A DNA stretch of 48,870 nt from a virus (IMGVR_UViG_3300038674_000465:1-48870); one strand, 5' to 3'; shown: positions 37,802-47,087, counted from the stretch's first letter. Notes: a model not told the origin generated them from the letters alone. Made by a program: numbers and translations.

Positions 37802-38293
37802 TTATTCTCCAGTTGAACCAAACCCACGTGTACCTCTTTCATGAGGTTTGACCTTTAGATTTTTTACATGTACAAACTTTCCTATTGTATGAGGAATGAT
37901 GATGATCTGTCCTATCCTCATATCTGGATAGAGTGTAACGTCTTTATTTGTCGGATTAAAGACCTTTACACACATTTCACCTGTATATCCATCATCAATA
38001 ACACCATCATCAACTATAAGTCCATGTCTGAGTAACGTTGATGATCTACCAGTAAGATAGATCCATGCCGGTGCCCCTTTAGATTTGATGTGTACTCCAG
38101 TAGGAATGTTGACTATAGATTTTTTAGGAATATTTGTTGTTTTATAGACATACAAGTCATAGCCAGCATCATTCTTATAGGTCTTATAAGGTGCTTTAGC
38201 TTCGTCCTGCAAGACTATTTCATATTTATAGGTAAATAACCACCTAAGTATTAACCGCCTTATCATAATGTTGCCTCCTTTATCATTAAACAT
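37802..38293 (-). CDS. dut: trimeric dUTPase-fold nucleotide diphosphatase
   Basis: DAGYDL, GRSS, GVIDDGYTGE, RIGQ, RGTRGFGSTG. Confidence 0.85.
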   Translation of the reverse strand: MFNDKGGNIMIRRLILRWLFTYKYEIVLQDEAKAPYKTYKNDAGYDLYVYKTTNIPKKSIVNIPTGVHIKSKGAPAWIYLTGRSSTLLRHGLIVDDGVIDDGYTGEMCVKVFNPTNKDVTLYPDMRIGQIIIIPHTIGKFVHVKNLKVKPHERGTRGFGSTGE

Positions 38294-40785
38294 GTACTAT
38301 TGAAATCTAGTGGTATTACCACCTTAGATTCATTATATCGAACTTTATCGATATGCATGATCATATTGCCAACTGGATCTAGGGTCATTTCCTTCTCATC
38401 TTTCCTTTTGATTGCTATAGTGACATCTGCATCCTGCTGGACCAGCTTCGATTCAGAAAGTCTCCTAACCTGAGGCAAATAATCATCCAGTGCCTGATCT
38501 CCAAGTTGAGCTAAGAGAATCACCGGCATCTTTAAATCTTTACATATATCCTGTTTTAACCTCCTTGTCATTTCTTTTAATTGCATGGTACGTGATACAT
38601 CTTTTATGTTTTTGAATGATCCTCCCATAGAAGGTTCTATCAATTGCAAATAATCTATTACCACATAATCAATATTAAATCGTCTTTTCATAAATTTGAT
38701 CCTGTTAAGAATCTGATTAAATGCCATAGTTTCATCTATCATAAAATTGTCAAGATCAAAATTCATAGACATATCAAATATCTTTTCCATGTCTTTATCG
38801 TTCAAGTTACCTGAAGCTACAGAAGTCCCCGACAATCCTGTATGCATAGCAATCAATCGTTTTGTTATCTCTTCTGCATCCATCTCACCAGAGAAATAAA
38901 GACCCTTGAATTTCTGTTGGAATGATAACCAGTAGCACCAATTAAGAGCGACATTAGTCTTTCCATGACCAGTATTTCCAGAAAGGATTATAAGCTTGCC
39001 ATTATTAATTCCCAATAAAGCATTGTTAGTTCTTTGCCAGAGAGAACCTAGATTATAACCCATCAAATTCTCTGATGTAATAAGCTTCTGTATTATGTTT
39101 TTTACTGCATCCTTGGCAGTAACCACCTCAAATTTTTTACCACTACTATGCTTGATAGATTCTTCATTTACATTTTCTGCAAAATCTTCAAATCCAAGCT
39201 TATATTTCTGAGTTTGTCTTATAATATCTTGAACTTTTCTTTTATCTCTATAAGCTGTAATAACTTCTATATAATCTGATAATAACTCCGATTCATTAAA
39301 TGAAACTGGTGGTAATTTGTCTATCGTTTCCCACAGCCATTCATTATTGGCTTCTGATCCCACACTTCTTAATGTTACTTTTGTAAATCCTTGTTTTATG
39401 TAGTTAAATATCTTCCTATGAATAGAAAGTCCAAAATATGTCTCATCTAGATTATAGACGTCAATAATTTTAGAATTGCTAAAAGCGAAAGACAACACAT
39501 ACCGTTCAGCATCGGCGTCCATGTACTCTACTCTATTACATTCATTATAATAGTCTGACACCATCTCTACTGAAAGATTATATAAGTCTGCCAAATATTC
39601 AAGAGATTGATCCAATGCCAGAGAATTAAAACCTGATGACAAGAACTGAATTGCCATTGATACATTCCTGATCTTATCACCAGACCCAGCAAAGTGATTA
39701 CCAATATACCACATAGGTAACAACAGAGCATTCTGCTTGAGTTCATCTACTCTGTGTACTAATTCATCTGGATCAAATTTCTCTACAAAAATGGCATATA
39801 CATTGACTTGTGGATACTTACCAAAATATTCCATGTATTTTTCTGCCACAGAAGAAAGAAATTTGAAGCCCCCTCCATCTCCATCTACCCAAAGATAGAT
39901 GTTGTTTACTTCATAAGATATGATGGTTTTTATATTCTGTGTACTCAACTTCAAACCATTCATGGCTAATACATTGGCGTTTGCTCTGATTTTCAGAGCT
40001 AAATAATCATTATATCCTTCTACTATCAAAATATCTGAACTTGATTTAAGCTTATCTACACCAGTCATCAAATCTTCTACAAAAGTTGGAATAGACTGAT
40101 CCGAATTACAGTATTTCGGCATGTCTGTTCCTTCTCTTTCTAGATATCTTCTAATAAAATATAATACTTCACCGTTGTAATTGAAAACTGGATATACAAT
40201 AGTATTATCATATGCTGAGTCTAAACCAAACTTACCTATTGTCAATGAATCATAACCAGCACTAAGTAAGAAATTAACCAGACCACTAGTACTATCACAA
40301 TACCCAACTTTGTATATCTTTATTACTGTGTCTAATGGTAAATTCTTTTTATCAAAGAAATCCAAGAATCCTTGGCTAAATCTGGACCGATCAGTGAAAT
40401 ACTCTATCGCTTTCTGCAAGATGAATTCACCTGCAGGATTTATTGCAGTCTGGATTATTGGATTAAGACCATCATCTAACCATGATGTAAAATCAATTTC
40501 AGACTTATCAACATTTGAAAGAATTTTCTGTATAGCCTGTAATCTGTTGATTCCCTCCATTTCCTCAACAAAGGTAACCAGCGTTCCTCCTTTTTTACAA
40601 CCGAAACAATAAAAAATGTTCTGTCCCTGAGTAATAGAAAGTGACGGGTCTGTATCTCCATGAAGAGGACACACAGCCCGATAATTTTTCCCATATTTTT
40701 TAAAAGAAAGTCCATACTGTGTAGACAAATACTCTACAATATCTAATTCTTCCTTTATCCAGTTCGATGCTTTATGAATATTCAT
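38263..40785 (-). CDS. DnaG primase - DnaB helicase fusion
   Basis: CPLH...CFGC zinc finger, VEGYND and DGD TOPRIM, GNTGHGKT Walker A, IDYLQL, LAQL, QDAD. Confidence 0.93.
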   Translation of the reverse strand: MNIHKASNWIKEELDIVEYLSTQYGLSFKKYGKNYRAVCPLHGDTDPSLSITQGQNIFYCFGCKKGGTLVTFVEEMEGINRLQAIQKILSNVDKSEIDFTSWLDDGLNPIIQTAINPAGEFILQKAIEYFTDRSRFSQGFLDFFDKKNLPLDTVIKIYKVGYCDSTSGLVNFLLSAGYDSLTIGKFGLDSAYDNTIVYPVFNYNGEVLYFIRRYLEREGTDMPKYCNSDQSIPTFVEDLMTGVDKLKSSSDILIVEGYNDYLALKIRANANVLAMNGLKLSTQNIKTIISYEVNNIYLWVDGDGGGFKFLSSVAEKYMEYFGKYPQVNVYAIFVEKFDPDELVHRVDELKQNALLLPMWYIGNHFAGSGDKIRNVSMAIQFLSSGFNSLALDQSLEYLADLYNLSVEMVSDYYNECNRVEYMDADAERYVLSFAFSNSKIIDVYNLDETYFGLSIHRKIFNYIKQGFTKVTLRSVGSEANNEWLWETIDKLPPVSFNESELLSDYIEVITAYRDKRKVQDIIRQTQKYKLGFEDFAENVNEESIKHSSGKKFEVVTAKDAVKNIIQKLITSENLMGYNLGSLWQRTNNALLGINNGKLIILSGNTGHGKTNVALNWCYWLSFQQKFKGLYFSGEMDAEEITKRLIAMHTGLSGTSVASGNLNDKDMEKIFDMSMNFDLDNFMIDETMAFNQILNRIKFMKRRFNIDYVVIDYLQLIEPSMGGSFKNIKDVSRTMQLKEMTRRLKQDICKDLKMPVILLAQLGDQALDDYLPQVRRLSESKLVQQDADVTIAIKRKDEKEMTLDPVGNMIMHIDKVRYNESKVVIPLDFNSTCLMIKEATL

Positions 40786-41405
40786 ATTTTATCCACAATC
40801 TCCGACCAGTTTTTAACTGATTCTGCACTGATATTTTTTTGTTCTACTACTTTTTGTTTATCGGACTTTGCCGTCAATTTACTCATAGTAGATGCTTGCT
40901 GTTCCATTTCGGATACCGTTGATTTAAATACTGCCAAGAAATATGACAAAGATCCTTGTCCCTTACCAAATTTATTAAGAGTTACCTTCATAGCTTGCTG
41001 AATTGCCATCATATGAATTGGATTATTCCTTTTTATCTTCACTATTTCTTCCCAACAATTCCATGGAAAATGTTCTCCTAAACATTGTATAACTTCATCA
41101 AAAAACCACCTATGTTTACTTATGATGGTTACTTCATGTTCTTCTCTTGAAGACCACCCATATCTATGGATTAAACTATCAATGTCTTGAGTTTCATAAT
41201 ATCCTTTATTAACTGCTTCATTTATTAATCCCACCAATCCATTGATTCTAAGTGTCTGAAGACGAAGCTCCACCCACCAACAAAATTCATAATCCTGATA
41301 TTCTTCAGGAAGTTTGATCTGATCTAGGACTTTCTGTGTTAACTTCGATGTCACTGGCTGGTTCTGTGTCAAACAATGTAAGTTGGATTTCTTCATTACT
41401 GCCAT
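40782..41405 (-). CDS. hypothetical protein
   Basis: ORF in the replication operon. Confidence 0.55.
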   Translation of the reverse strand: MAVMKKSNLHCLTQNQPVTSKLTQKVLDQIKLPEEYQDYEFCWWVELRLQTLRINGLVGLINEAVNKGYYETQDIDSLIHRYGWSSREEHEVTIISKHRWFFDEVIQCLGEHFPWNCWEEIVKIKRNNPIHMMAIQQAMKVTLNKFGKGQGSLSYFLAVFKSTVSEMEQQASTMSKLTAKSDKQKVVEQKNISAESVKNWSEIVDKI

Positions 41406-41646
41406 CTGTATCTGTCACCTCTTTTTGAATTTCATTCAATCTGTTATCGTCCAGAATCTTTTGTATATCCTTTATTAATTGATCTGCCTGATTAAGACTT
41501 AAAAGAATATTTACGTCATCTTCGATTTTTATGCTTATTAATTGTATCATCTTCTTATCATAAGAAGACTCATATTGCATGTATAGTGGTAAAATTTTTG
41601 TTTCATCATGAAAGTTACAGTGAATATTTATGGTATGTATACCCAT
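41305..41646 (-). CDS. hypothetical protein
   Basis: ORF in the replication operon. Confidence 0.5.
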   Translation of the reverse strand: MGIHTINIHCNFHDETKILPLYMQYESSYDKKMIQLISIKIEDDVNILLSLNQADQLIKDIQKILDDNRLNEIQKEVTDTDGSNEEIQLTLFDTEPASDIEVNTESPRSDQTS

Positions 41647-41647
41647 G

Positions 41648-42022
41648 TTATCGACCTCTCTCTATATTATTTGTTATACGTCTGCTTAATGAATCATATT
41701 GAAGTTTGACTGCCGATATTAATTCTTCAATTGGATCTCTATAAGTCCTCATAATATCTGCATAGGCTTTGTCTTTATTTTGGACTCCTATTCTTACCTT
41801 ATGAATAAAATAGGCGTAGAGTCTAATGATCTTTTGATAAAAATAAGGATAGACTGATAACAGCACATCTACATCATCATAGCTGGTAATTTCCAACGAA
41901 ACATGAACAGGTATGATATTCTCTATTATAGTAACAAGTTCATCTACCGGATATTTTTCCGGCTTTTCCATTACTTTATTAAAGAATTTATCAATCTGAT
42001 CTATCATCTGATTTTTATCCAT
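41648..42022 (-). CDS. helical hypothetical protein (possible recombination mediator)
   Basis: Coupled to recA; ends YDSLSRRIT. Confidence 0.5.
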   Translation of the reverse strand: MDKNQMIDQIDKFFNKVMEKPEKYPVDELVTIIENIIPVHVSLEITSYDDVDVLLSVYPYFYQKIIRLYAYFIHKVRIGVQNKDKAYADIMRTYRDPIEELISAVKLQYDSLSRRITNNIERGR

Positions 42023-42974
42023 TAGATTCCTCCTCTAATATCTTAAGAAGACCAATAGATGCTTGGGCTTTGCCACTTCCGATATATTCACCTTCATAAT
42101 AATAGGCTGAACTCTTCTGTGTTATCTTCTTTTCACGTACAGCCCAACAAAGAGCATCATATCCAAGATCAAACCCCTTGCCTAAGGTTAGTTTAAGTTC
42201 TATCTTTCTATATGGTGTTCCCCATTTCTGTTTTTTGAAATCTACAGTAACCATCTTTTCTTTTGGATCGTCTTTATCGACAAGAGATGAAGAAACTCTC
42301 ATCCTCATACCGGCATAGAACCTGATACCCTTGCCTCCAGTGGTTGTTTCTGGTGATCCCATAAAAACACCAATTTTCATACGGATTTGATTAATTAGAA
42401 CTAGACATACATTATGTCTGTCAATGAGTGGAGTCAACACTCTACACATCTTAGACATCAATCTAGCATGAGCACCCATATTGGCATCAGTGAAATCTCC
42501 ATCTATGTCGGCTTTAGGCACTAGTGCAGTTACTGAATCTATAACAACCATACCAAATAAACCAGATTCTACAGCCTGTTGTATGATATCTAGTCCCTGC
42601 TCTCCGAAATCCGGATATGAGATAACAACTCTACTACGATCCAGACCTAGATTAACTGCATATTCAACATTAAGTGTATGTTCTGCATCACAAAAGAAAA
42701 TCTGTAAATTCGGATCTTCTTTCTGAGCGTTTACCATACAATGAATGGCTAAAGTAGTTTTACCTTCACCCTCATTACCAAATATTTCATGCATCACACC
42801 CTTCACCAGACCTCCACCAGTTGCCCAATCGAGTTCTCTTAACCCTGTATGAATTCGATCCTTTAATTCTTCCTGAGTAATATCCTTGGACTGATCGTCA
42901 CCCATACGGGTGACAGATCCAGTTCCAAAGGACTTGTTTATTGCTGTTACAAATGATTCAAGTTCTTTGTCCAT
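42015..42974 (-). CDS. recA: RecA recombinase
   Basis: EIFGNEGEGKTT, DAEH, IDSVTAL, NQIRMKIGVFMGSPETTTGG. Confidence 0.97.
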   Translation of the reverse strand: MDKELESFVTAINKSFGTGSVTRMGDDQSKDITQEELKDRIHTGLRELDWATGGGLVKGVMHEIFGNEGEGKTTLAIHCMVNAQKEDPNLQIFFCDAEHTLNVEYAVNLGLDRSRVVISYPDFGEQGLDIIQQAVESGLFGMVVIDSVTALVPKADIDGDFTDANMGAHARLMSKMCRVLTPLIDRHNVCLVLINQIRMKIGVFMGSPETTTGGKGIRFYAGMRMRVSSSLVDKDDPKEKMVTVDFKKQKWGTPYRKIELKLTLGKGFDLGYDALCWAVREKKITQKSSAYYYEGEYIGSGKAQASIGLLKILEEESNG

Positions 42975-42987
42975 TATTTAATACCTC

Positions 42988-43995
42988 TTAAAATGGGTTG
43001 ACAAAAGCCGAAACAACATCCCACTCATTAAGGATTATGTTAGCTGATTGTTTTTCTACATCAGACCCTGATCTTAAAAGATATTGAATGTAAGGCTTAC
43101 CAACTTCCTGTATGATTACAGCAAAGGTTTTATCTTTATACATCCCGACCGTACAAATTGTGTTAACAGCCTCCAGAGCCTGTGGTGAAGGTTCTGGTGC
43201 AGTTACATTAGCCTGCGGAGTAACAGGTTGTGATTCCTGTGCTTGTGCCGGTGTCGTGGGATTACTACTATTGGCTGAAATCTGTTGCTCTATAGATTTA
43301 GGTATCTGACCCCAATTACTGATATCTATATTAAACTTCATAGGAAGCTTTTGTGAGAAATAAGAAGCGGGTTCAACCCCAGATTTCTTGAAAATTTCAG
43401 CCTGAGTCATACGGAATCTGTTTTCTACTTGATCTCTTGGCATCATGGTGGATGCTATTGTATTGATAGCATATTCATCCAGACTAATACCATTGCTAAT
43501 ATCAACTCTGTAATTAGTTGATAGACCCCTACCAGTTCTGGTGATGGTAACAAATCCATGATATCTATCTGCCATCTTGGTGAGAATAAAGTCCATACCT
43601 TCCTGAATTTTCTTTCCTGCCAGAAGCCAAAGAACTTTCTTTTCTTGAAAATCCCATACCTGCAGGAGTCCTTTTTTACTCATACCATAGGGCAGTCTGC
43701 CTCCAGTATTTTTGTAGTTCGGATTTCTCTGCTTGTATATTTCATTTTCATAACAGAAAGGACAGGCATTTACCCATTTGTCACACAGTATAGTGGCATA
43801 TCCATTTGCTGTTTTGAATTCATGAACCCAAGCACCCATCGGTGAAGTCCATGTCTTTGTGGGATCAAGATCCCCTGTGAGCAGGGCAAAATCCCTACTA
43901 GTGTTTTCCAGAATCGTTACCATGTCGATTCCATCTTTGTAAGACCATATAGTCTTCTTTGGCGAACCAGAACTTTCATCTTCCATCCAAGCCAT
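42988..43995 (-). CDS. single-stranded DNA-binding protein (gp32-like, probable)
   Basis: H...C....CPFC, ITRTGRGLSTNY; upstream of recA. Confidence 0.6.
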   Translation of the reverse strand: MAWMEDESSGSPKKTIWSYKDGIDMVTILENTSRDFALLTGDLDPTKTWTSPMGAWVHEFKTANGYATILCDKWVNACPFCYENEIYKQRNPNYKNTGGRLPYGMSKKGLLQVWDFQEKKVLWLLAGKKIQEGMDFILTKMADRYHGFVTITRTGRGLSTNYRVDISNGISLDEYAINTIASTMMPRDQVENRFRMTQAEIFKKSGVEPASYFSQKLPMKFNIDISNWGQIPKSIEQQISANSSNPTTPAQAQESQPVTPQANVTAPEPSPQALEAVNTICTVGMYKDKTFAVIIQEVGKPYIQYLLRSGSDVEKQSANIILNEWDVVSAFVNPF

Positions 43996-44013
43996 AATTA
44001 ACCTCCTTTTGTT

Positions 44014-45057
44014 TTATTCGAAATATATCCAACTTCCTTCTTTGGAAGTTGAAATTGCATACCAGAACTGACCGACATCCTCTGCCATGTCATTTATTTT
44101 ATCGACCACAACTGCAGGAAACTTAGTAATTTCTGTTACTGATTCCAGAGTAGAATCTAGGTAATTAACAAACATCAAAATAGGCTTGGTTACTCCATTA
44201 ACTATGGCTGATCTCTGTGCAAGAACAGAGTCCCATTCACCTATTCTTCTGAGTCTCTTTGTTACTGTTGTGAATTCACCAAGCTTTGAATATCCAGACC
44301 TGTTTTGAATTTCTTCCCATGTCAATTCTCTATGCATAGGACCTGAATTTCCACCAACACGAATTGGATATGTCCTGTAGATTCCATAAACATCCCTGAG
44401 TTTTTTAGGATTAATTTGAGCATATGAAAGAAATGCAGAAGTTGTTGTATCTCTACTTGTACAGTATGGATAATGACCATAATAAGGACTTAATCCAAAT
44501 CCTTGACTTCCTTCTAGTAAGACATCTCCTTCAAGGATCATTGAATTATCAACCAATATAATACCATAATTCTTTGCCCATTCTGTAAAATCATCCATAT
44601 TAGGAGCAGTCCTAAGGCATCTACCTGCTAAAGCTGATCCAACTCCCTCACATGTAGATCCTATATGGTGACCCATAGCCCTACCCTTTTCTTCTTCTAT
44701 ATGATCTTGTGTGATCACAAGGGCATTCCTATCGACAAATAGTCTACATCTTACAGGGAATCCTGCTTTTTCTGCTCTATGAATTTCCTCTATGAAGACA
44801 TCCAAATTTATGACTGCTCCAGCACCAATATAAATCATAGCATTCATATCAGATACCAATGATGCTGGTAATTGTCTAAATACTATTTGATTTATTTCAC
44901 CTCTTGGTGTTCTATAAGGAGCTGTATGTCCTGCTTGACTTGAATTCACGCTTACAAGCCAGTCATATTTATTTTTGCTAGCTATCATGGCTGATGCTAG
45001 CCCCTTTGATTCACTCCCAAATTGACAGCCAACAACTACATCAACATTTTTAATCAT
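44014..45057 (-). CDS. purZ: PurZ-type N6-succino-2-amino-2'-deoxyadenylate synthase (PurA paralogue)
   Basis: GCQFGSESKG (Ser at the PurA catalytic Asp), AGHT, GSTCEGVG, EGSQG, YPYCTSRD, RTYPIRV, TTVTK..RR, MFVNY. Confidence 0.82.
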   Translation of the reverse strand: MIKNVDVVVGCQFGSESKGLASAMIASKNKYDWLVSVNSSQAGHTAPYRTPRGEINQIVFRQLPASLVSDMNAMIYIGAGAVINLDVFIEEIHRAEKAGFPVRCRLFVDRNALVITQDHIEEEKGRAMGHHIGSTCEGVGSALAGRCLRTAPNMDDFTEWAKNYGIILVDNSMILEGDVLLEGSQGFGLSPYYGHYPYCTSRDTTTSAFLSYAQINPKKLRDVYGIYRTYPIRVGGNSGPMHRELTWEEIQNRSGYSKLGEFTTVTKRLRRIGEWDSVLAQRSAIVNGVTKPILMFVNYLDSTLESVTEITKFPAVVVDKINDMAEDVGQFWYAISTSKEGSWIYFE

Positions 45058-45206
45058 GCAACCTCCTTGGTTTCATTTTTATTCCTTTGGCGAAAGAGGA
45101 TAGAAGGAAGGGATAAAATCCCTTCATCTTCCTTCTTTTTTCCTCCGGTCAGGCTTCTACCCTCCGTATCGGACAGATTCGCAAATAAAATAAAATTCCT
45201 TCTATA

Positions 45207-45941
45207 TCAGAGAGCCATCGAAAGACGACCCTTGAGTGGTGAGAGAATCTTTTGCATTTTCTTTTCGAATGTCATAGACCAGCTATGAGACTTACCCTTA
45301 TATTTGGCTTCATCATAAAAGGAGTGTCTATATGTCAGAGAATTGATAGCCACGGATTTCTCATAGAATGAGAGTTCATCAATATCTTTAATGTAGAGGA
45401 TTATTTCATTAAATAGAGCATCCATCATGAATTTCTCTGTAATATCTTCTGCGGATTTAACAGAAGCTAGAGCTTCAATCCCAAGTTCTGGTATATCTTC
45501 CTTCTCTTTAGAAGTCAATTGATTTTCAGATTCTTTATCGTTCTTGCATTTGGGATTCTTACATACCTTATTCCTTCTATCATAGGTATATTCTGCTCCA
45601 CATTGAGGACAAACCAGAATCAATTTCTGACTGTTGATCTTCCTGATGTAATCTATAGTGGCGAATTTAGCTCTCTGAAGAGCAAAAGCCAAAGGATTGC
45701 CAACAGTCAATTTAGCCCTATAAAGGGCTGTCCACGCCTGAATCATAAATTCACTTTTCATATCTTCCTGATCATATATGTGATTATATTTCAGATCTTG
45801 TTTCTGAATATAAAAGAAATATTCAGTATCAAAATAATTATAGACTTCTCTTTCTTCTTTAGGTGAGAGTGATCCATTCTGGAGCTTTTTTACATATTTT
45901 CTGGCAGTTGCATCATTGAAAAATTCTTTGTGGCTTAACAT
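45207..45941 (-). CDS. phage sigma-like transcription factor with zinc-ribbon insertion (probable start MLSHKE)
   Basis: DQEDMKSEFMIQAWTAL...IDYIRK region 2; CPQC...CKNPKC; LSFYEK region 4-like; GGAGG RBS at 45949-45953. Confidence 0.7.
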   Translation of the reverse strand: MLSHKEFFNDATARKYVKKLQNGSLSPKEEREVYNYFDTEYFFYIQKQDLKYNHIYDQEDMKSEFMIQAWTALYRAKLTVGNPLAFALQRAKFATIDYIRKINSQKLILVCPQCGAEYTYDRRNKVCKNPKCKNDKESENQLTSKEKEDIPELGIEALASVKSAEDITEKFMMDALFNEIILYIKDIDELSFYEKSVAINSLTYRHSFYDEAKYKGKSHSWSMTFEKKMQKILSPLKGRLSMAL

Positions 45942-46024
45942 TGTAGGACCTCCATTAGTCGAAATTCTTGATTCCCTTCTAAAGGGTGAGGACCTTGCGG
46001 TCCTCCGCACGATTTCTACGCCAA

Positions 46025-46336
46025 TCAAGAAATGAGTGCTTTTGCAACCTTCATATCATTGATAGTTATTTGGCGAACCCAGCCATTTTCGGTTTTTTCC
46101 CATGCCCATATCTGGATGATCTTCTTTTCTTTCAGAGTTGAAAGAATTGCACCTGCTTGGAATCTTGTAAGAGCACCACGACCCTTTGTTACCATTCCGA
46201 TAACTTCATCAGTGAAAGCAAAATCTCCACCGGAAGCATCATTGGCATTCTGGATTATAGCCTTAAGAACCTTGATTTGTTTGTCTGTGAGAGTGAGTTC
46301 TGCGGACTTCTTTGTGGTTTTAACTGTCTTTTTCAT
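46025..46336 (-). CDS. early protein, probable winged HTH
   Basis: LTDKQIKVLKAI...AILSTLKEKKII; GGAGG RBS. Confidence 0.6.
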   Translation of the reverse strand: MKKTVKTTKKSAELTLTDKQIKVLKAIIQNANDASGGDFAFTDEVIGMVTKGRGALTRFQAGAILSTLKEKKIIQIWAWEKTENGWVRQITINDMKVAKALIS

Positions 46337-46520
46337 CTTGGACCTCCATTGGCCGAATTGATTTTTTAGAGCGTCTTTTAGCTCTTTATGATCTATACTT
46401 TAAAAAAAATAATGAAAGGGGTATATCGTCAATATTTTGATGATTCTCTTAATAGAAACATTAGTTTCCCCTAATATTAACATATTCTTCATAAGATTTT
46501 CCTTATCATCATTATAAACC

Positions 46521-46550
46521 ATTAAAACATGTATAATATTATTTTGTCAA
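46521..46550 (-). promoter_or_regulatory. host sigma70-type early promoter
   Basis: TTGACA (46550-46545), 18-nt spacer ending TGt, TTTAAT (46526-46521), in an AT-rich intergenic region. Confidence 0.65.
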
Positions 46551-46607
46551 GCATTTTTTGATTTCTGAAATACTAAACGTGCCATAGTAAACGTCCGTAT
46601 ATGACTT

Positions 46608-46627
46608 GACCCTCCGTTAAGAGGGTC
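46608..46627. terminator. hairpin downstream of the 46650-47006 gene
   Basis: GACCCTC-CGTTAA-GAGGGTC; no clear U-tract. Confidence 0.4.
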
Positions 46628-46649
46628 TATCATAAAATGGTCATGTCTA

Positions 46650-47006
46650 TTAAAGATCAACATCAGAAGTTTCTTCTTCATTTTCCATTTCTTCGACCTT
46701 CAGAGCCTTCCTGCCTCTTTTGGGCTTTTCTTCCTTAACTTCTTTTTCTATTTCAGGAAGCGAAACCACAACATCAGCAATTAGATTGATCGGAAGAGCT
46801 ACATTTCTGTTGATAGAAATAGATCCCTGAGATCCTTTCTGCTCAAATTCCAGTTCGAATGTCAGACTGTAGAAATTGCCTTTTTCATTGAAGATTAGAC
46901 CTACTGAATCTTTATTGATTCTGATTTTGCGTCCGTCTTCACCTTCTCCATTGAACATTCCCTGAAGAGCTTCTTTAGCGATTTGTTTGTACTGCTTGTT
47001 TGACAT
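46650..47006 (-). CDS. hypothetical protein
   Basis: GAGGAG RBS; charged C-terminus. Confidence 0.65.
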   Translation of the reverse strand: MSNKQYKQIAKEALQGMFNGEGEDGRKIRINKDSVGLIFNEKGNFYSLTFELEFEQKGSQGSISINRNVALPINLIADVVVSLPEIEKEVKEEKPKRGRKALKVEEMENEEETSDVDL

Positions 47007-47087
47007 TGGATATCTCCTCTTATTGTTTGATGTCCAGCCTCTCTAAGGTGGATATTACCTTATCGGACAACAGGATCTGAAGTCCCT

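Noticed and set aside
40782-42022. Hidden HD-domain DatZ among the replication hypotheticals
   Set aside because: No H...HD...D pattern visible; a remote homologue cannot be fully excluded without profile searches
27703-42974. Inteins or introns in terL, dnaE, helicase or recA
   Set aside because: Lengths are normal, motifs are contiguous, and no intein termini or split genes were noticed
44014-45057. Ordinary purA auxiliary metabolic gene
   Set aside because: The catalytic Asp of GDEGKG is Ser and the KxD guanine-binding motif is replaced by FxN, both PurZ-type changes
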